A DNA stretch of 64,000 bases from NCBI GenBank assembly GCA_017458845.1, contig JAFSZY010000041.1, positions 24,524-88,523 of the forward strand, written 5' to 3'. Made by a program: the position numbers and the translations under genes. Below are positions 54,652 to 64,000 of the stretch, piece after piece. The notes under the pieces are model-generated. The model was not told where the DNA came from. It searched no databases and saw only the letters and a list, made by a program, of their open reading frames with translations. The stretch is from Ruminococcus sp. (GTDB lineage: Bacteria; Bacillota; Clostridia; Oscillospirales; Acutalibacteraceae). Every line of letters starts with the position of its first letter. The first letter of the stretch is position 1.

Positions 54652-55449
54652 CTATTGTACTTTGTATTTATCCAGAGTGTATTTGTGCAGAACTGAGGCT
54701 ATCTCGCCCAGCCTCTTCAAGCCATCGTCGGGCATACGGTCGGTTGACACTCTTACTGTTTCGTTCTTATCGTTGAGGTATTTTACAACCGTAGCGCCTC
54801 CGTCAATAGCGGTGTCGCCGTACTTCTTGTTCCAAGTGTCGAACTTATTGCGCCTTATAACCTCTTTGCACTCACCCAGCGCCTTTATGGGAACAATATA
54901 GTCCGTGCGGGTTTCGCCCGAGTCCTCGTCCTTGTCAAACACGCTGAGCATTACATCGTCGTCAGAGTGGTAATACAGAACCATCTCATGGCTGTTGTCG
55001 CCGCCTACTGTGCCCGCTACAGCGGTATAGTAATCAACTAACATAGTCGCCTCATAGGGCGCGTCGGGGTTATCACTCGGGTCCTCTATCATAGAGTTCT
55101 TAGACGCGACCTTGACCGATACGTCGCGCTCGGGCATCGTGAATTTTATAACATAGCCTTTGCCATCCTCATAGAGCGCGTTGTATTGTTCTCCATCGAC
55201 ATAGAACATGTAGTTGGTGTCTGTCGCGATATAAGGAAAATACAGCTCGACCTTTTCGCCCGCTCTGTAGTTGTCTTTAGCATTCGAAAAAGAGGACTTC
55301 TGACCGTTATAATCGACCTTGTACTTTTTAGCGAAAAAGCAACCCGAAAACACAAGCATACCCCCTGTAACCGCCGCGATAAGCAAGACGGCTGTGACAA
55401 TTTTATGTACGGGCGATGTATGTTTAGCCGCGGTACAAATAATTTTCAC
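54652..55449 (-). CDS. Probable lipoprotein with an InlB-like beta repeat and an unknown C-terminal domain
   Basis: Hydrophobic stretch ending FSGC; YRAGEKVEL..KFTMPERDVSVKV. Confidence 0.7.
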   Translation of the reverse strand: MKIICTAAKHTSPVHKIVTAVLLIAAVTGGMLVFSGCFFAKKYKVDYNGQKSSFSNAKDNYRAGEKVELYFPYIATDTNYMFYVDGEQYNALYEDGKGYVIKFTMPERDVSVKVASKNSMIEDPSDNPDAPYEATMLVDYYTAVAGTVGGDNSHEMVLYYHSDDDVMLSVFDKDEDSGETRTDYIVPIKALGECKEVIRRNKFDTWNKKYGDTAIDGGATVVKYLNDKNETVRVSTDRMPDDGLKRLGEIASVLHKYTLDKYKVQ

Positions 55450-55452
55450 TTC

Positions 55453-56277
55453 TTAGCCCTGAGCCTTACCGCCGCAGAACTCACAGCAGCCGTTGAGGTC
55501 GGGAGTTGTTGTAGCGCCGCAGCACTGACATACAACCGGAATACGGGGAGTGTTAGCCGCTGCGACCTGCTCGCGGGCCTGCTTGCGCGCTGAGGTGAGA
55601 GCCGCCTTGATTTCGTTGCACATTTTCTCGTACTCGCAGTAATCCACGCTCTGGTGCGGGTCGGGCTTGTTGCCGAAGCTGTTGTTATTACTGCCCAGAC
55701 TGAAGCCGCCTATGTTGATGTTGAAGCTCTGACCTGAGGAATAGGTGTTATAGTTGAGGTGAACTGTTGAATCGTTGAGACGGAATCTGATTGTGTCAAA
55801 ATATGGATTGTTGACGCGGATAATCATATTGAAGTCATAGCTGTAGTTGTATCTGGGCGGGTTATAGCTTACGCTTCTGCCCTCGCTGTCCTGACGTGTG
55901 ATTTCGTCCTCGTCCTCGTCGATATCAATTTCAACGCCTGTAACATCAGAGAATTTGATTACGTCGGGGTTCTCGCTCTTATAGTCGCGTGTGGCGGCTA
56001 CCATAAACTTGCCGTTGTCCTCGTCGAGCATAACCTTGTATCTCTGACCGATTACGGAAGTAGCTCTGAAGCTGTCAACCTCAGCCTGGTTCTTCTCGCG
56101 ATACTCGAGCTGAGCCTTGATTTCGTCAACTGTACTCTTGCGTCTGTCGCTGAACCACGGTGAAAGCTTTTTGGCGCAGGTCTTGCACATATTGCCGTCC
56201 TCCAGCTTACGGTTGCCGAGGAGCTTGATTTCTCCGCCGCATATTGAACAGATTTTCTTTTTACCAAATAATCCCAT
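55453..56277 (-). CDS. DUF4428-family protein with N- and C-terminal Zn-ribbons
   Basis: MGLFGKKKICSICGGEIKLLGNRKLEDGNMCKTC; CQCCGA..CCEFCG. Confidence 0.85.
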   Translation of the reverse strand: MGLFGKKKICSICGGEIKLLGNRKLEDGNMCKTCAKKLSPWFSDRRKSTVDEIKAQLEYREKNQAEVDSFRATSVIGQRYKVMLDEDNGKFMVAATRDYKSENPDVIKFSDVTGVEIDIDEDEDEITRQDSEGRSVSYNPPRYNYSYDFNMIIRVNNPYFDTIRFRLNDSTVHLNYNTYSSGQSFNINIGGFSLGSNNNSFGNKPDPHQSVDYCEYEKMCNEIKAALTSARKQAREQVAAANTPRIPVVCQCCGATTTPDLNGCCEFCGGKAQG

Positions 56278-56444
56278 AATAATCCTCCTTAAGCTATTAT
56301 AAAGTATTACATACTGTTGTGCTTATTTTAATATAAAAACAGCACATCAATATTCTTTAATAGAACAATTTTGATAAATTCAACAAAAGAGAAGCGGCCG
56401 CCCTGAAAATCGGGAGACCGCCTCTGTTACTACCCTCAAATATG

Positions 56445-56657
56445 GGAGGATTGGTGGGGTTGTGTGTCGAATAATCCCAAGCCCTCCCTTGGGGGAGGGT
56501 GGGCTTTTTGCCGTCTTGTCCGGCAAAAAGGTCGGGAGAGGAAACTCCTCCGCTGGAGGAGATGTCGCGAATGCGATATCTCCCTTAGTAAGGGAGTCTC
56601 CCTTTTGTCACTGCGTGACATTTCCCCTAAGAGGGGAATTTCCCAAGGGAAGCCTAA
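56445..56657. repeat. Second copy of the palindromic repeat cluster (core shared with 50070-50120)
   Basis: Multiple hairpins (CCCTCCCTT/GGGGGAGGG, TTTTTGCCG/CGGCAAAAA, CTCCTCC/GGAGGAG, CTCCCTT/AAGGGAG) directly after the stop of 56658-57713. Confidence 0.85.
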
Positions 56658-57713
56658 TTATTTAACCTTAACCTTTAGCTTTAATACCACGCCGTTGACC
56701 TTGACCTTCAAAGTTGTTGTACCCTTTTTGAGTCCTTTGACAACAAGTGTAGTCGCGGTGTTCTTTGACGTAATCTTTGCAATCTTGGTATTGGTGTACA
56801 CGTTCTTAACAGTAGGAGCCTTGCCCGTGATTTTGACCGTTGCGGTCTTGCATTTCTTGACTGTAACAGCGCTCTTGGAGAGCTTGGGCGAGGATGTTAC
56901 CGTAACTTTACACGTAAGTGTTTTTCCCGAATAGGTTTTCGCCGTGATTGTGGCTGTACCCTTTTTGAGAGCCGTTACAACACCCTTGGAGGTTACTGTC
57001 GCGACGCTCTTGCTTGACGTTGTCCAGCTCTTCGCTGCGCCGTTGGTTATTTTGAGAGTAAATGTTTTGCCCGCGGCGAGACTAAGCGAGCTCTTATTGA
57101 TTGAGGGCGCGCCGAAAGAGAAGATAAAGTTGTACTTCCTGTTCGACTTGGGGAGCACCAACATATAATCACCAATAATGTTGCAGGTCGCAATTCGCCT
57201 AAAGAAAGGTTTTTCCACCGCAAATAAATATTCTACGTCGCTGTTGCCGTCCTTGTCGAGGTCAAAGCCTGTTGAAGTTGACTCAATAAAACCGTTTATA
57301 ATAGCGTGATTGATCGCGCTTGTAACTTCCGGTCTGGCTTCCACGGGAATATACGCTTTGTTCGAGCCTCTAAAATCCACAGTTAGATACTGCTGCGGCT
57401 CAAGAACAAAGTAAATATTTGCGACCGAGTTCGGCATAATAAAATAGCTCTGGTCAACATAATACTGGTCATTGACAGACATACCCGCGATATACGACCC
57501 CTCGGGCACTTCCGCGTCATAAAAAACATAAACCTCTTCGCCTGCGTCCGCGTAGGTGATAGTGTCGCCGTAGTAGTTCTCGGCGTGGCCGTTTTTTACG
57601 TCAATGCGGTAACGTCCCTGAGAGTCCTGGTCGGGTAAAGCCGAAACCGTACAGATTGAAAACACAGACAAAATCATAAGTACAGCGATTAATAAACTAA
57701 CTGTTCTTTTCAT
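56658..57713 (-). CDS. Secreted protein with an InlB-like repeat and basic Big_2-type C-terminal domains
   Basis: Signal peptide; DLDKDGNSDVE; WTTSSKSVATVTSKGVVTALKKG; ends KVNGVVLKLKVKVK. Confidence 0.82.
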   Translation of the reverse strand: MKRTVSLLIAVLMILSVFSICTVSALPDQDSQGRYRIDVKNGHAENYYGDTITYADAGEEVYVFYDAEVPEGSYIAGMSVNDQYYVDQSYFIMPNSVANIYFVLEPQQYLTVDFRGSNKAYIPVEARPEVTSAINHAIINGFIESTSTGFDLDKDGNSDVEYLFAVEKPFFRRIATCNIIGDYMLVLPKSNRKYNFIFSFGAPSINKSSLSLAAGKTFTLKITNGAAKSWTTSSKSVATVTSKGVVTALKKGTATITAKTYSGKTLTCKVTVTSSPKLSKSAVTVKKCKTATVKITGKAPTVKNVYTNTKIAKITSKNTATTLVVKGLKKGTTTLKVKVNGVVLKLKVKVK

Positions 57714-57793
57714 AATAATTCTCCTGATGTTTGAAATTTATAAACACGGGCGCATTGTCCCCTTTCGGGATGCAGTGTGCGTAAATTATATTC

Positions 57794-59722
57794 TTATTTA
57801 ACGACAATCTTAACCTTTACAGTCTTGGAAGCCGCCTTGTAGTTTTTGTTGCCCTTGGCGGTAACCTTAACCTTAACGGTATAGGTACCCTTCTTCAGAC
57901 CTTTCTTTAAGGTGAGCTTGCCTGTCTTTGAGTTGATTTTAATCTTTTTATTACCCGAAGCTTTTTTGTAGGTCACTTTGCCTATAGACTTCTTTACGGT
58001 AATCGCCTTGACAGTAACGTTCTTTTTCTTCACCGCAGCGAGCTTCACAGTCTTTGCCGAAGCTTTAACTTTCATTGGGTTTTTAGCCTTAATGATTAAA
58101 AACTCCGCGTATTCTACTCCCTGATACTTGCCCTGTAAAACTACTTCTACAATGTACAAACCGACATTTACTGCTTTGGGATAGTTTAACATGTAATCTG
58201 CACCATTAACGAGCTTATTGCCCTTGCTGTCCGTTACGGTAACGGATGGCTTTATCTCCTTACCCGTGTAGGTGTATTTAGCCTTCGATGTTGACACTGT
58301 ATACCAATCGGGCTCGGCAGACTCAAAGGTAATGCCGTTTTCGTTGGCATATGTTTCGGCAACCGACCCCTCATAACCGTATATTGTAAATCCGTCATAA
58401 ATCAAATACTGACCATCCTTATAATAATATCCCAGAGCCTTACTGCGGATTTCGGTCACACTTTCGGGTATTGTAATATATTCAAGAGCGCCGCAGCCCA
58501 AAAAGGCGTATCCACCGATTTGATTAACGCCGTCACGCAAAATTACTTCTTCAAGCTTATCACAGCAATAGAACACACTGTCGCCCATCTCTGTAACAGT
58601 GGAGGGGATAGTCACGCTTGTGAGCGATTCGCAGTACTGGAACGCGTCAACGCCTATTATTTCAACTCCCTCGGGAATATGAACGCTCATTAGATTTGAG
58701 CAGTCACCGAAAGCCATCTCGTCAATTTCAATAACAGTGCTCGGAATAACGACGCTTGTAATCTCGTCTTTATCATAAAAAGCATTATAATCAATTTTAT
58801 TGACTTTATATCCGTCAATTTCCGCGGGGATTTCTATGTCACCGCCAAATCCGCTGTAGCCTGTAATCGATGCGGTACCGTTGTTAACAGTATATAAGAA
58901 CTCTGGATACTCGGACAGTGTAAAGCTTTTCATTACAACAAGATTTTTCTTGGCATCGTCTGTTACGTATAATGTATTCACATTAGCGCTCACACCGTTA
59001 ACATAAGCGGTCATAGCACAGCTTTCGTCACTGTCAACTTTAAACTGATAGCCATCGTTTGCGGTAATGGAAACATAAACAGTGTATTCCTTTCCGGCCT
59101 GATATGTGGCGTATTGATTCATCCAGCTATTGTCGTATCTCCATTCAACACTTTTTATAGTGTAGCCTTCGTCAGATGTATTAGCGCTGAAAACAGCTTT
59201 CTCGCCGATCTTCGGCTCAACCACGCCGGTGATGTTCGCTTCTTCTATAACTTTATCAAGCTGATGAGGATTATCACCGCCTGAACCGTCCGCTTTGAAT
59301 TCGTGGAAAATCTGAACATACCCTGCGGGAGAGTAAGAGAAAACCTTATAGACATTAGCGGCTTTTCCGTTTACGGTAGCTGTAATCATCGGGGTGTTTC
59401 CGTTTGCCTTGAAGCTGTAGCCGCTGTTTGGTTTAATAAAGATACTCACATTGTAGTCCTTGCCGGCTTCAAAAATGTCGTCGGCAGTGAGCTCCTTACT
59501 GTCGGTAACGTTGTACCAGCCTACTCCTCCACCGATATAATATTCAGGTTCACACACCGCGTCCATCACGGGGTGCTCGCCGGCCTTTGGAGCTGTTACA
59601 GTGAGCGCAACGGATTCAATTTCGGTTTCCGCGCCCGCCGAGAGCGGCAGAGACGCAAATACCGACAGAACTATAAATAAAGATAATATAATACTTGTAA
59701 AACGAATAGATTTTTCACTCAC
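57794..59722 (-). CDS. Secreted BspA-type LRR_5 protein with two N-terminal Ig-like repeats and the Lys-rich C-terminal module
   Basis: GTG start with GGAGG RBS; IEIPAEIDGYKVNKIDYNAF, VIPSTVIEIDEMAF repeats; ends KVTAKGNKNYKAASKTVKVKIVVK. Confidence 0.87.
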   Translation of the reverse strand: MSEKSIRFTSIILSLFIVLSVFASLPLSAGAETEIESVALTVTAPKAGEHPVMDAVCEPEYYIGGGVGWYNVTDSKELTADDIFEAGKDYNVSIFIKPNSGYSFKANGNTPMITATVNGKAANVYKVFSYSPAGYVQIFHEFKADGSGGDNPHQLDKVIEEANITGVVEPKIGEKAVFSANTSDEGYTIKSVEWRYDNSWMNQYATYQAGKEYTVYVSITANDGYQFKVDSDESCAMTAYVNGVSANVNTLYVTDDAKKNLVVMKSFTLSEYPEFLYTVNNGTASITGYSGFGGDIEIPAEIDGYKVNKIDYNAFYDKDEITSVVIPSTVIEIDEMAFGDCSNLMSVHIPEGVEIIGVDAFQYCESLTSVTIPSTVTEMGDSVFYCCDKLEEVILRDGVNQIGGYAFLGCGALEYITIPESVTEIRSKALGYYYKDGQYLIYDGFTIYGYEGSVAETYANENGITFESAEPDWYTVSTSKAKYTYTGKEIKPSVTVTDSKGNKLVNGADYMLNYPKAVNVGLYIVEVVLQGKYQGVEYAEFLIIKAKNPMKVKASAKTVKLAAVKKKNVTVKAITVKKSIGKVTYKKASGNKKIKINSKTGKLTLKKGLKKGTYTVKVKVTAKGNKNYKAASKTVKVKIVVK

Positions 59723-59826
59723 AATAGTATCCTCCTCTGTAAAAATCTCACACATATATTTTATCATATTTCTGCTTGTAAAACTACCCAAAAAATTCTC
59801 CTGTCCTTTGTATAGTTTGCACAGAG

Positions 59827-59860
59827 AAACGGCATACGAAAGCCCATTCGTATGCCGTTT
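59827..59860 (-). terminator. Terminator after 59883-60218
   Basis: AAACGGCATACGAA..TTCGTATGCCGTTT. Confidence 0.75.
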
Positions 59861-59882
59861 TTTGATAATTTTTTAACACAGT

Positions 59883-60218
59883 TTATTGCTGTAATATTTT
59901 AATATTCTCAGGCGGAACCATAAGCACTCTCGCGCCGTATTCGTTCGCCACTTTCAGCACACCTGTAATCTCAATCTGAGCGTCCTCGTGAGGGTAGTCG
60001 TCCGGGTATCTGCCGCCCTCGACCTCCCAGGAAACACCGAGTCGAAAACCGCCGCCGTCCGAAATCATCACGGCGCAGTTGGAAATGCGGGTAGAGTTTT
60101 TACCTTTAACCCGAATAATCTTGTCGTCATACTCGCCGCCCCAAAACTTCTCCAGAAAGCCTTTCATTGTTTCAAAATCCTCGATTATGAGGAAAATATC
60201 GCTGTAATTAACATTCAT
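59883..60218 (-). CDS. Hypothetical protein
   Basis: 111-aa ORF with AAGGTG RBS and a downstream terminator. Confidence 0.7.
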   Translation of the reverse strand: MNVNYSDIFLIIEDFETMKGFLEKFWGGEYDDKIIRVKGKNSTRISNCAVMISDGGGFRLGVSWEVEGGRYPDDYPHEDAQIEITGVLKVANEYGARVLMVPPENIKILQQ

Positions 60219-60302
60219 TCATTTACACCTTTTCCTTATTAATAATTAAAATTATACATTTTATATTGCGATATTTCAATGCAAAAGGTGATTTTTGAGC
60301 AA

Positions 60303-60409
60303 ATTTAATCATCCGATTGTTTAATTGATAAAATTTAATCAAAAATATTTACAATTTTTGAATATTTTTGATTAAATTGTGTTGACATTGATTAAATTAG
60401 TGCTATAAT
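60303..60409 (+). promoter_or_regulatory. fru promoter (TTGACA-16-TATAAT) with repeated TGATTAAA/TTTAATCA boxes, probable FruR operators
   Basis: -35 at 60382-60387, -10 at 60404-60409; TGATTAAA at 60369 and 60389, TTTAATCA at about 60304 and 60334. Confidence 0.75.
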
Positions 60410-60430
60410 ATAGTCAAGGAGTGATTAACT

Positions 60431-61180
60431 TTGCTCAGCCAGGAAAGATATAACCTGATTCAAAACATTATAAATGAACGCAACACCGTAACAGTGGCGG
60501 AGCTTGCCGAGGAGCTGGAAACTTCGGAATCCACAATCAGGCGCGACCTTACCGCTCTCGACGAGCTTGGTAAGATTAAGAAATTTTTCGGCGGCGCCAC
60601 AAAGGTAAAACACAACGAAGGCTTTTTCGAGGAAGGCGTCAGCGCCAAGGAAAACCTGATGAGCGCCGAGAAAACCGAGATCGCGAAATACAGCGCCACT
60701 CTCATCAATGACAACGACTTTGTATTCATCGACGCGGGAACGACGACATCTCGGCTGATTGATTTCATCGAAAACTACAAGGCGACCTACATAACCAACG
60801 GTATCACCCACGCGCGCAAGCTTATTCACAAGGGACTCAACGCCTATATCGTCGGCGGAAAGATAAAGTCACTGACAGAGGCTATCGTCGGCGCCGAGGG
60901 TATAGCTAACCTGAGAAATATGAACTTTTCTAAGGCGTTTATGGGAACCAACGGAATTGACGTCGAGGCGGGCTTCACCACCCCCGACATTGAGGAAGCT
61001 ATGATTAAGGAGGCGGCTCTCCAACACAGCTACACGGCATTTGTCTTGGCTGACAGAACCAAGTTCAGAAAGGTCTTCCCCGTGACTTTTTCCCCCATTG
61101 ACAAGTGCTGCATTATAACAGACATTCTGCCCGACAAGAGTCTTTATTCCGAAACGATTATCAAGGAGGTCAACAAATGA
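60431..61180 (+). CDS. fruR: DeoR-family fructose repressor
   Basis: SESTIRRDLTALD; FIDAGTTT; TTG start with AAGGAG RBS. Confidence 0.93.
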   Translation: MLSQERYNLIQNIINERNTVTVAELAEELETSESTIRRDLTALDELGKIKKFFGGATKVKHNEGFFEEGVSAKENLMSAEKTEIAKYSATLINDNDFVFIDAGTTTSRLIDFIENYKATYITNGITHARKLIHKGLNAYIVGGKIKSLTEAIVGAEGIANLRNMNFSKAFMGTNGIDVEAGFTTPDIEEAMIKEAALQHSYTAFVLADRTKFRKVFPVTFSPIDKCCIITDILPDKSLYSETIIKEVNK

Positions 61181-62079
61181 TTTACACAATAACACTCAAC
61201 CCCTCAATCGACTATATTGTAAGAATGAGCGACCTGAAACTCGGCATAACCAACCGCTCGGACAGCGAGGAATATTACTTCGGCGGCAAAGGGATAAACG
61301 TGTCCTGCGTGCTCGCCGAGCTTGATATCGACAGCACCGCGCTGGGGTTCACGGCGGGATTTACGGGCGAGGCGATTGAAAACGGCATAAAGAACGACCG
61401 CATCACCACCGACTTTATCAGGCTCGACAGCGGTCTCTCAAGAATTAATATCAAGATTAAATCGGGCGAGGAAACCGAAATCAACGGTCAGGGTCCAGAC
61501 ATAAGTAAGGAAAAGCTGGAAGCGCTGATGAACAAGCTCGACCACATTCAGGACGGCGACACGCTTATTCTCGCGGGCAGTATCCCCAAGACTATGCCCG
61601 ACGACACTTACGAGAGAATGCTCGAAAAGCTTAAAGACAAAGAAGTCAGAATCGTAGTTGACGCGACCAAGAAGCTCCTCGTCAACTCGCTGAAATACAA
61701 CCCGTTCCTTATTAAGCCCAACCGTCAGGAGCTCTCGGAAATCTTTGAGGTTGAGGTCAAGACGGAAGAGGACACAGTAAAATACGCCAAGGAGCTCCAG
61801 AAGCTCGGCGCCAGAAACGTGCTCATATCACTCGGCGGCGAGGGCGCTATGCTCATCGACGAAAACGGTGAAAAGCACAAGGCGGGCGTGTTAAAACAAA
61901 AGGTAATCAACACGGTAGGCTCGGGCGATTCCATGGTAGCGGGATTCGTAGCGGGCTATGAGAAAGAAAAAAGCTACCCCTACGCACTTAAACTAGGCAG
62001 TGTCTGCGGTAACGCCACGGCGTTCCTGCCGGGACTTGCCACAAAAGCAAAGATAGATGAACTGCTTAAACAATTTTAA
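61177..62079 (+). CDS. fruK: 1-phosphofructokinase
   Basis: MIYTITLNPSID; GGKGINVS; IKPNRQEL; NTVGSGDSMVAG. Confidence 0.95.
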   Translation: MIYTITLNPSIDYIVRMSDLKLGITNRSDSEEYYFGGKGINVSCVLAELDIDSTALGFTAGFTGEAIENGIKNDRITTDFIRLDSGLSRINIKIKSGEETEINGQGPDISKEKLEALMNKLDHIQDGDTLILAGSIPKTMPDDTYERMLEKLKDKEVRIVVDATKKLLVNSLKYNPFLIKPNRQELSEIFEVEVKTEEDTVKYAKELQKLGARNVLISLGGEGAMLIDENGEKHKAGVLKQKVINTVGSGDSMVAGFVAGYEKEKSYPYALKLGSVCGNATAFLPGLATKAKIDELLKQF

Positions 62080-62092
62080 AGGAGGTTAACCT

Positions 62093-64000
62093 ATGCGTAT
62101 CACTGATTTGCTTAAAAAACAAGGCATATCACTCGGCGTTGCCGCGAGCGACAAGAGTGACGCGATTGACAAGCTGGTTTCACTGCACGAAAAATGCGGA
62201 AACCTAAGCGACGCAAAAGCGTACAAGGAAGGTATTCTCAAACGTGAAGAGATGGGAACTACCGCAATAGGAATGGAGGTAGCTATCCCGCACGCCAAGA
62301 GCGAAGCGGTAAAAGCTCCCGCCCTTACGGCGATTACCGTTCCCGACGGAGTTGACTATGACTCCCCCGACGGCGCTCCCTGCAAGCTTATCTTTATGAT
62401 AGCGGCTACACTTGACGGAGACGTTCACCTTGAGGTGCTCGCAAGGCTTATGCAGATGCTTATGCACGAGGACTTCACCGCTAAATTAAAGGCAGCCAAA
62501 ACAGAGGAAGAATTCCTCAAGGCTATAGACGACCAGGAAGCTAAACAGTTCCCCGAGGAAGCCGCCGCTCCCGCCGAGGACAAAAAGGACGGTTATCGTA
62601 TCCTCGCGGTTACAGCCTGTCCCACAGGTATCGCTCACACCTATATGGCTGCTGAGGCTCTGGCTAAGGCGGGCGACGAAATGGGCGTAACAATCAAAGT
62701 TGAAACAAACGGCTCAGGCGGCGCGAAAAACGTTCTCACAGCCCAAGAAATCGCTAACTGCGACGGTATCATCATTGCGGCTGACAAGAGCGTTGAAACT
62801 GCCCGCTTCGATGGCAAACCCGTAATATCAACAAAGGTTGCCGACGGTATCCACAAACCCGAGGCGCTTATTAACAAAGTATTAAACGGCGAAGCTCCCA
62901 TATTCCATTCAGATAAAAAGGCTGAGGCTGACACAGGCTCAGACGACGAAAGCTTCGGAAGAAAGCTTTATAAGCACCTGATGAACGGCGTATCGCATAT
63001 GCTTCCGTTTGTTGTAGCAGGCGGCATCTTCATCGCTATCGCGTTCCTGATTGACGCGGCTTGCGGCGCTCCCCAGGACGGCAACTTCGGTTCAGCTACT
63101 CCCGTAGCGGCTTGGTTCAAGAGCATCGGCGGCGTGGCGTTCGGATTTATGCTTCCGATTCTCGCGGGATTTATCGCGATGTCAATTGCTGACCGTCCCG
63201 GCTTGCTCGTAGGTTTCGTTGGCGGCTCGCTCGCTTCCTTAGGCTCTACATTCGCTGCTCCCGGCGGCGATGATACATCTATCTCCGGCTTCTTAGGCGC
63301 TCTGCTCGCGGGCTTTATCGCAGGCTGGCTCCTCAAAATGCTCGAGAAAGCATGCGACCATCTTCCCCACGCTCTCGAAGGAATCAAACCCGTGCTTATC
63401 TATCCGCTCGCGGGCTTAGGTATAGTAGGCGTTATGATGTGCGCTGTAAACCCGATTATGGGTATTATCAACACTGGTATGACAAACGGCGTTACAGCTA
63501 TGGCTGCTAACCCTGCTCTGATTGTTCCTCTCTGCGCTCTGCTCGCGGGTATGATGGCAATCGATATGGGCGGTCCCTTCAACAAAGCTGCTTACGTTAC
63601 AGCCGCAGGCTTACTTGCTAACTCACCCAACAACGCTACATATATGATTATGGCTGCTGTTATGATTGGCGGTATGGTACCCCCGATTGCAATCGCTCTT
63701 TCCACAACATTCTTTAAGAGCAGATGGACTCCCGAGGAAAGAAAGAACGGTCCCGTCAACTACATTATGGGTCTCTCGTTCATCACTGAGGGCGCTATCC
63801 CCTACGCCGCGGGTCATCCGCTCCAGGTTATCCCGAGCTGTATCGTAGGCTCCGCTTGCGCGGGCGCTCTTTCCGCTTTGTTCGGATGTACTCTTATGGC
63901 TCCTCACGGCGGTATTTTCGTACTCCCGACAATCGGCAACCCGCTGATGTACTTCCTCGCTTTGGCAGTAGGCGCAGTATTAGGTATGTTAATGCTGGCT
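62093..64000 (+). CDS. fruA: PTS fructose-specific EIIABC (3' end outside window)
   Basis: IIA: REEMGTTAIG..VAIPHAK; IIB: AVTACPTGIAHTYMAAE; IIC: KHLMNGVSHMLPFVVAGG..DMGGPFNKAAY..FITEGAIP. Confidence 0.95.
   Translation, partial: MRITDLLKKQGISLGVAASDKSDAIDKLVSLHEKCGNLSDAKAYKEGILKREEMGTTAIGMEVAIPHAKSEAVKAPALTAITVPDGVDYDSPDGAPCKLIFMIAATLDGDVHLEVLARLMQMLMHEDFTAKLKAAKTEEEFLKAIDDQEAKQFPEEAAAPAEDKKDGYRILAVTACPTGIAHTYMAAEALAKAGDEMGVTIKVETNGSGGAKNVLTAQEIANCDGIIIAADKSVETARFDGKPVISTKVADGIHKPEALINKVLNGEAPIFHSDKKAEADTGSDDESFGRKLYKHLMNGVSHMLPFVVAGGIFIAIAFLIDAACGAPQDGNFGSATPVAAWFKSIGGVAFGFMLPILAGFIAMSIADRPGLLVGFVGGSLASLGSTFAAPGGDDTSISGFLGALLAGFIAGWLLKMLEKACDHLPHALEGIKPVLIYPLAGLGIVGVMMCAVNPIMGIINTGMTNGVTAMAANPALIVPLCALLAGMMAIDMGGPFNKAAYVTAAGLLANSPNNATYMIMAAVMIGGMVPPIAIALSTTFFKSRWTPEERKNGPVNYIMGLSFITEGAIPYAAGHPLQVIPSCIVGSACAGALSALFGCTLMAPHGGIFVLPTIGNPLMYFLALAVGAVLGMLMLA

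Overview
Firmicute chromosomal window, most likely a starch-adapted Ruminococcus-like (Oscillospiraceae) gut or rumen organism; this is inferred from the CBM26/CBM74-type protein, Cthe_2159-type protein, T-box and V-type ATPase. From left to right: (i) a secreted protein, truncated at the window edge, with three catalytically degenerate C39-like domains, preceded by a small acidic peptide gene; (ii) a minimal SufC/SufB-type Fe-S pair; (iii) a LytTR + DUF3021 pair next to a 21-bp-period direct-repeat promoter driving two paralogous small membrane proteins; (iv) a non-catalytic starch-binding surface protein; (v) a ~9.4 kb + strand block of stress/detox genes that starts and ends mid-gene and is bracketed by ~84-bp REP-associated direct repeats; (vi) an 8-gene Ser/Thr kinase-FHA-PP2C-trypsin-vWA-PASTA operon with a divergent XRE regulator; (vii) a complete V/A-type ATPase operon; (viii) YhgE/Pip; (ix) Trp T-box-controlled trpB2; (x) an orphan AcrB-type transporter; (xi) more surface proteins; (xii) the fruRKA operon, truncated at the right edge. 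Four unrelated secreted proteins share a ~95-aa Lys-rich C-terminal module where dockerins would be expected. No tRNA, rRNA, CRISPR array, integrase or intact transposase was recognised. All domain calls come from motif recognition by eye; no database searches were run.
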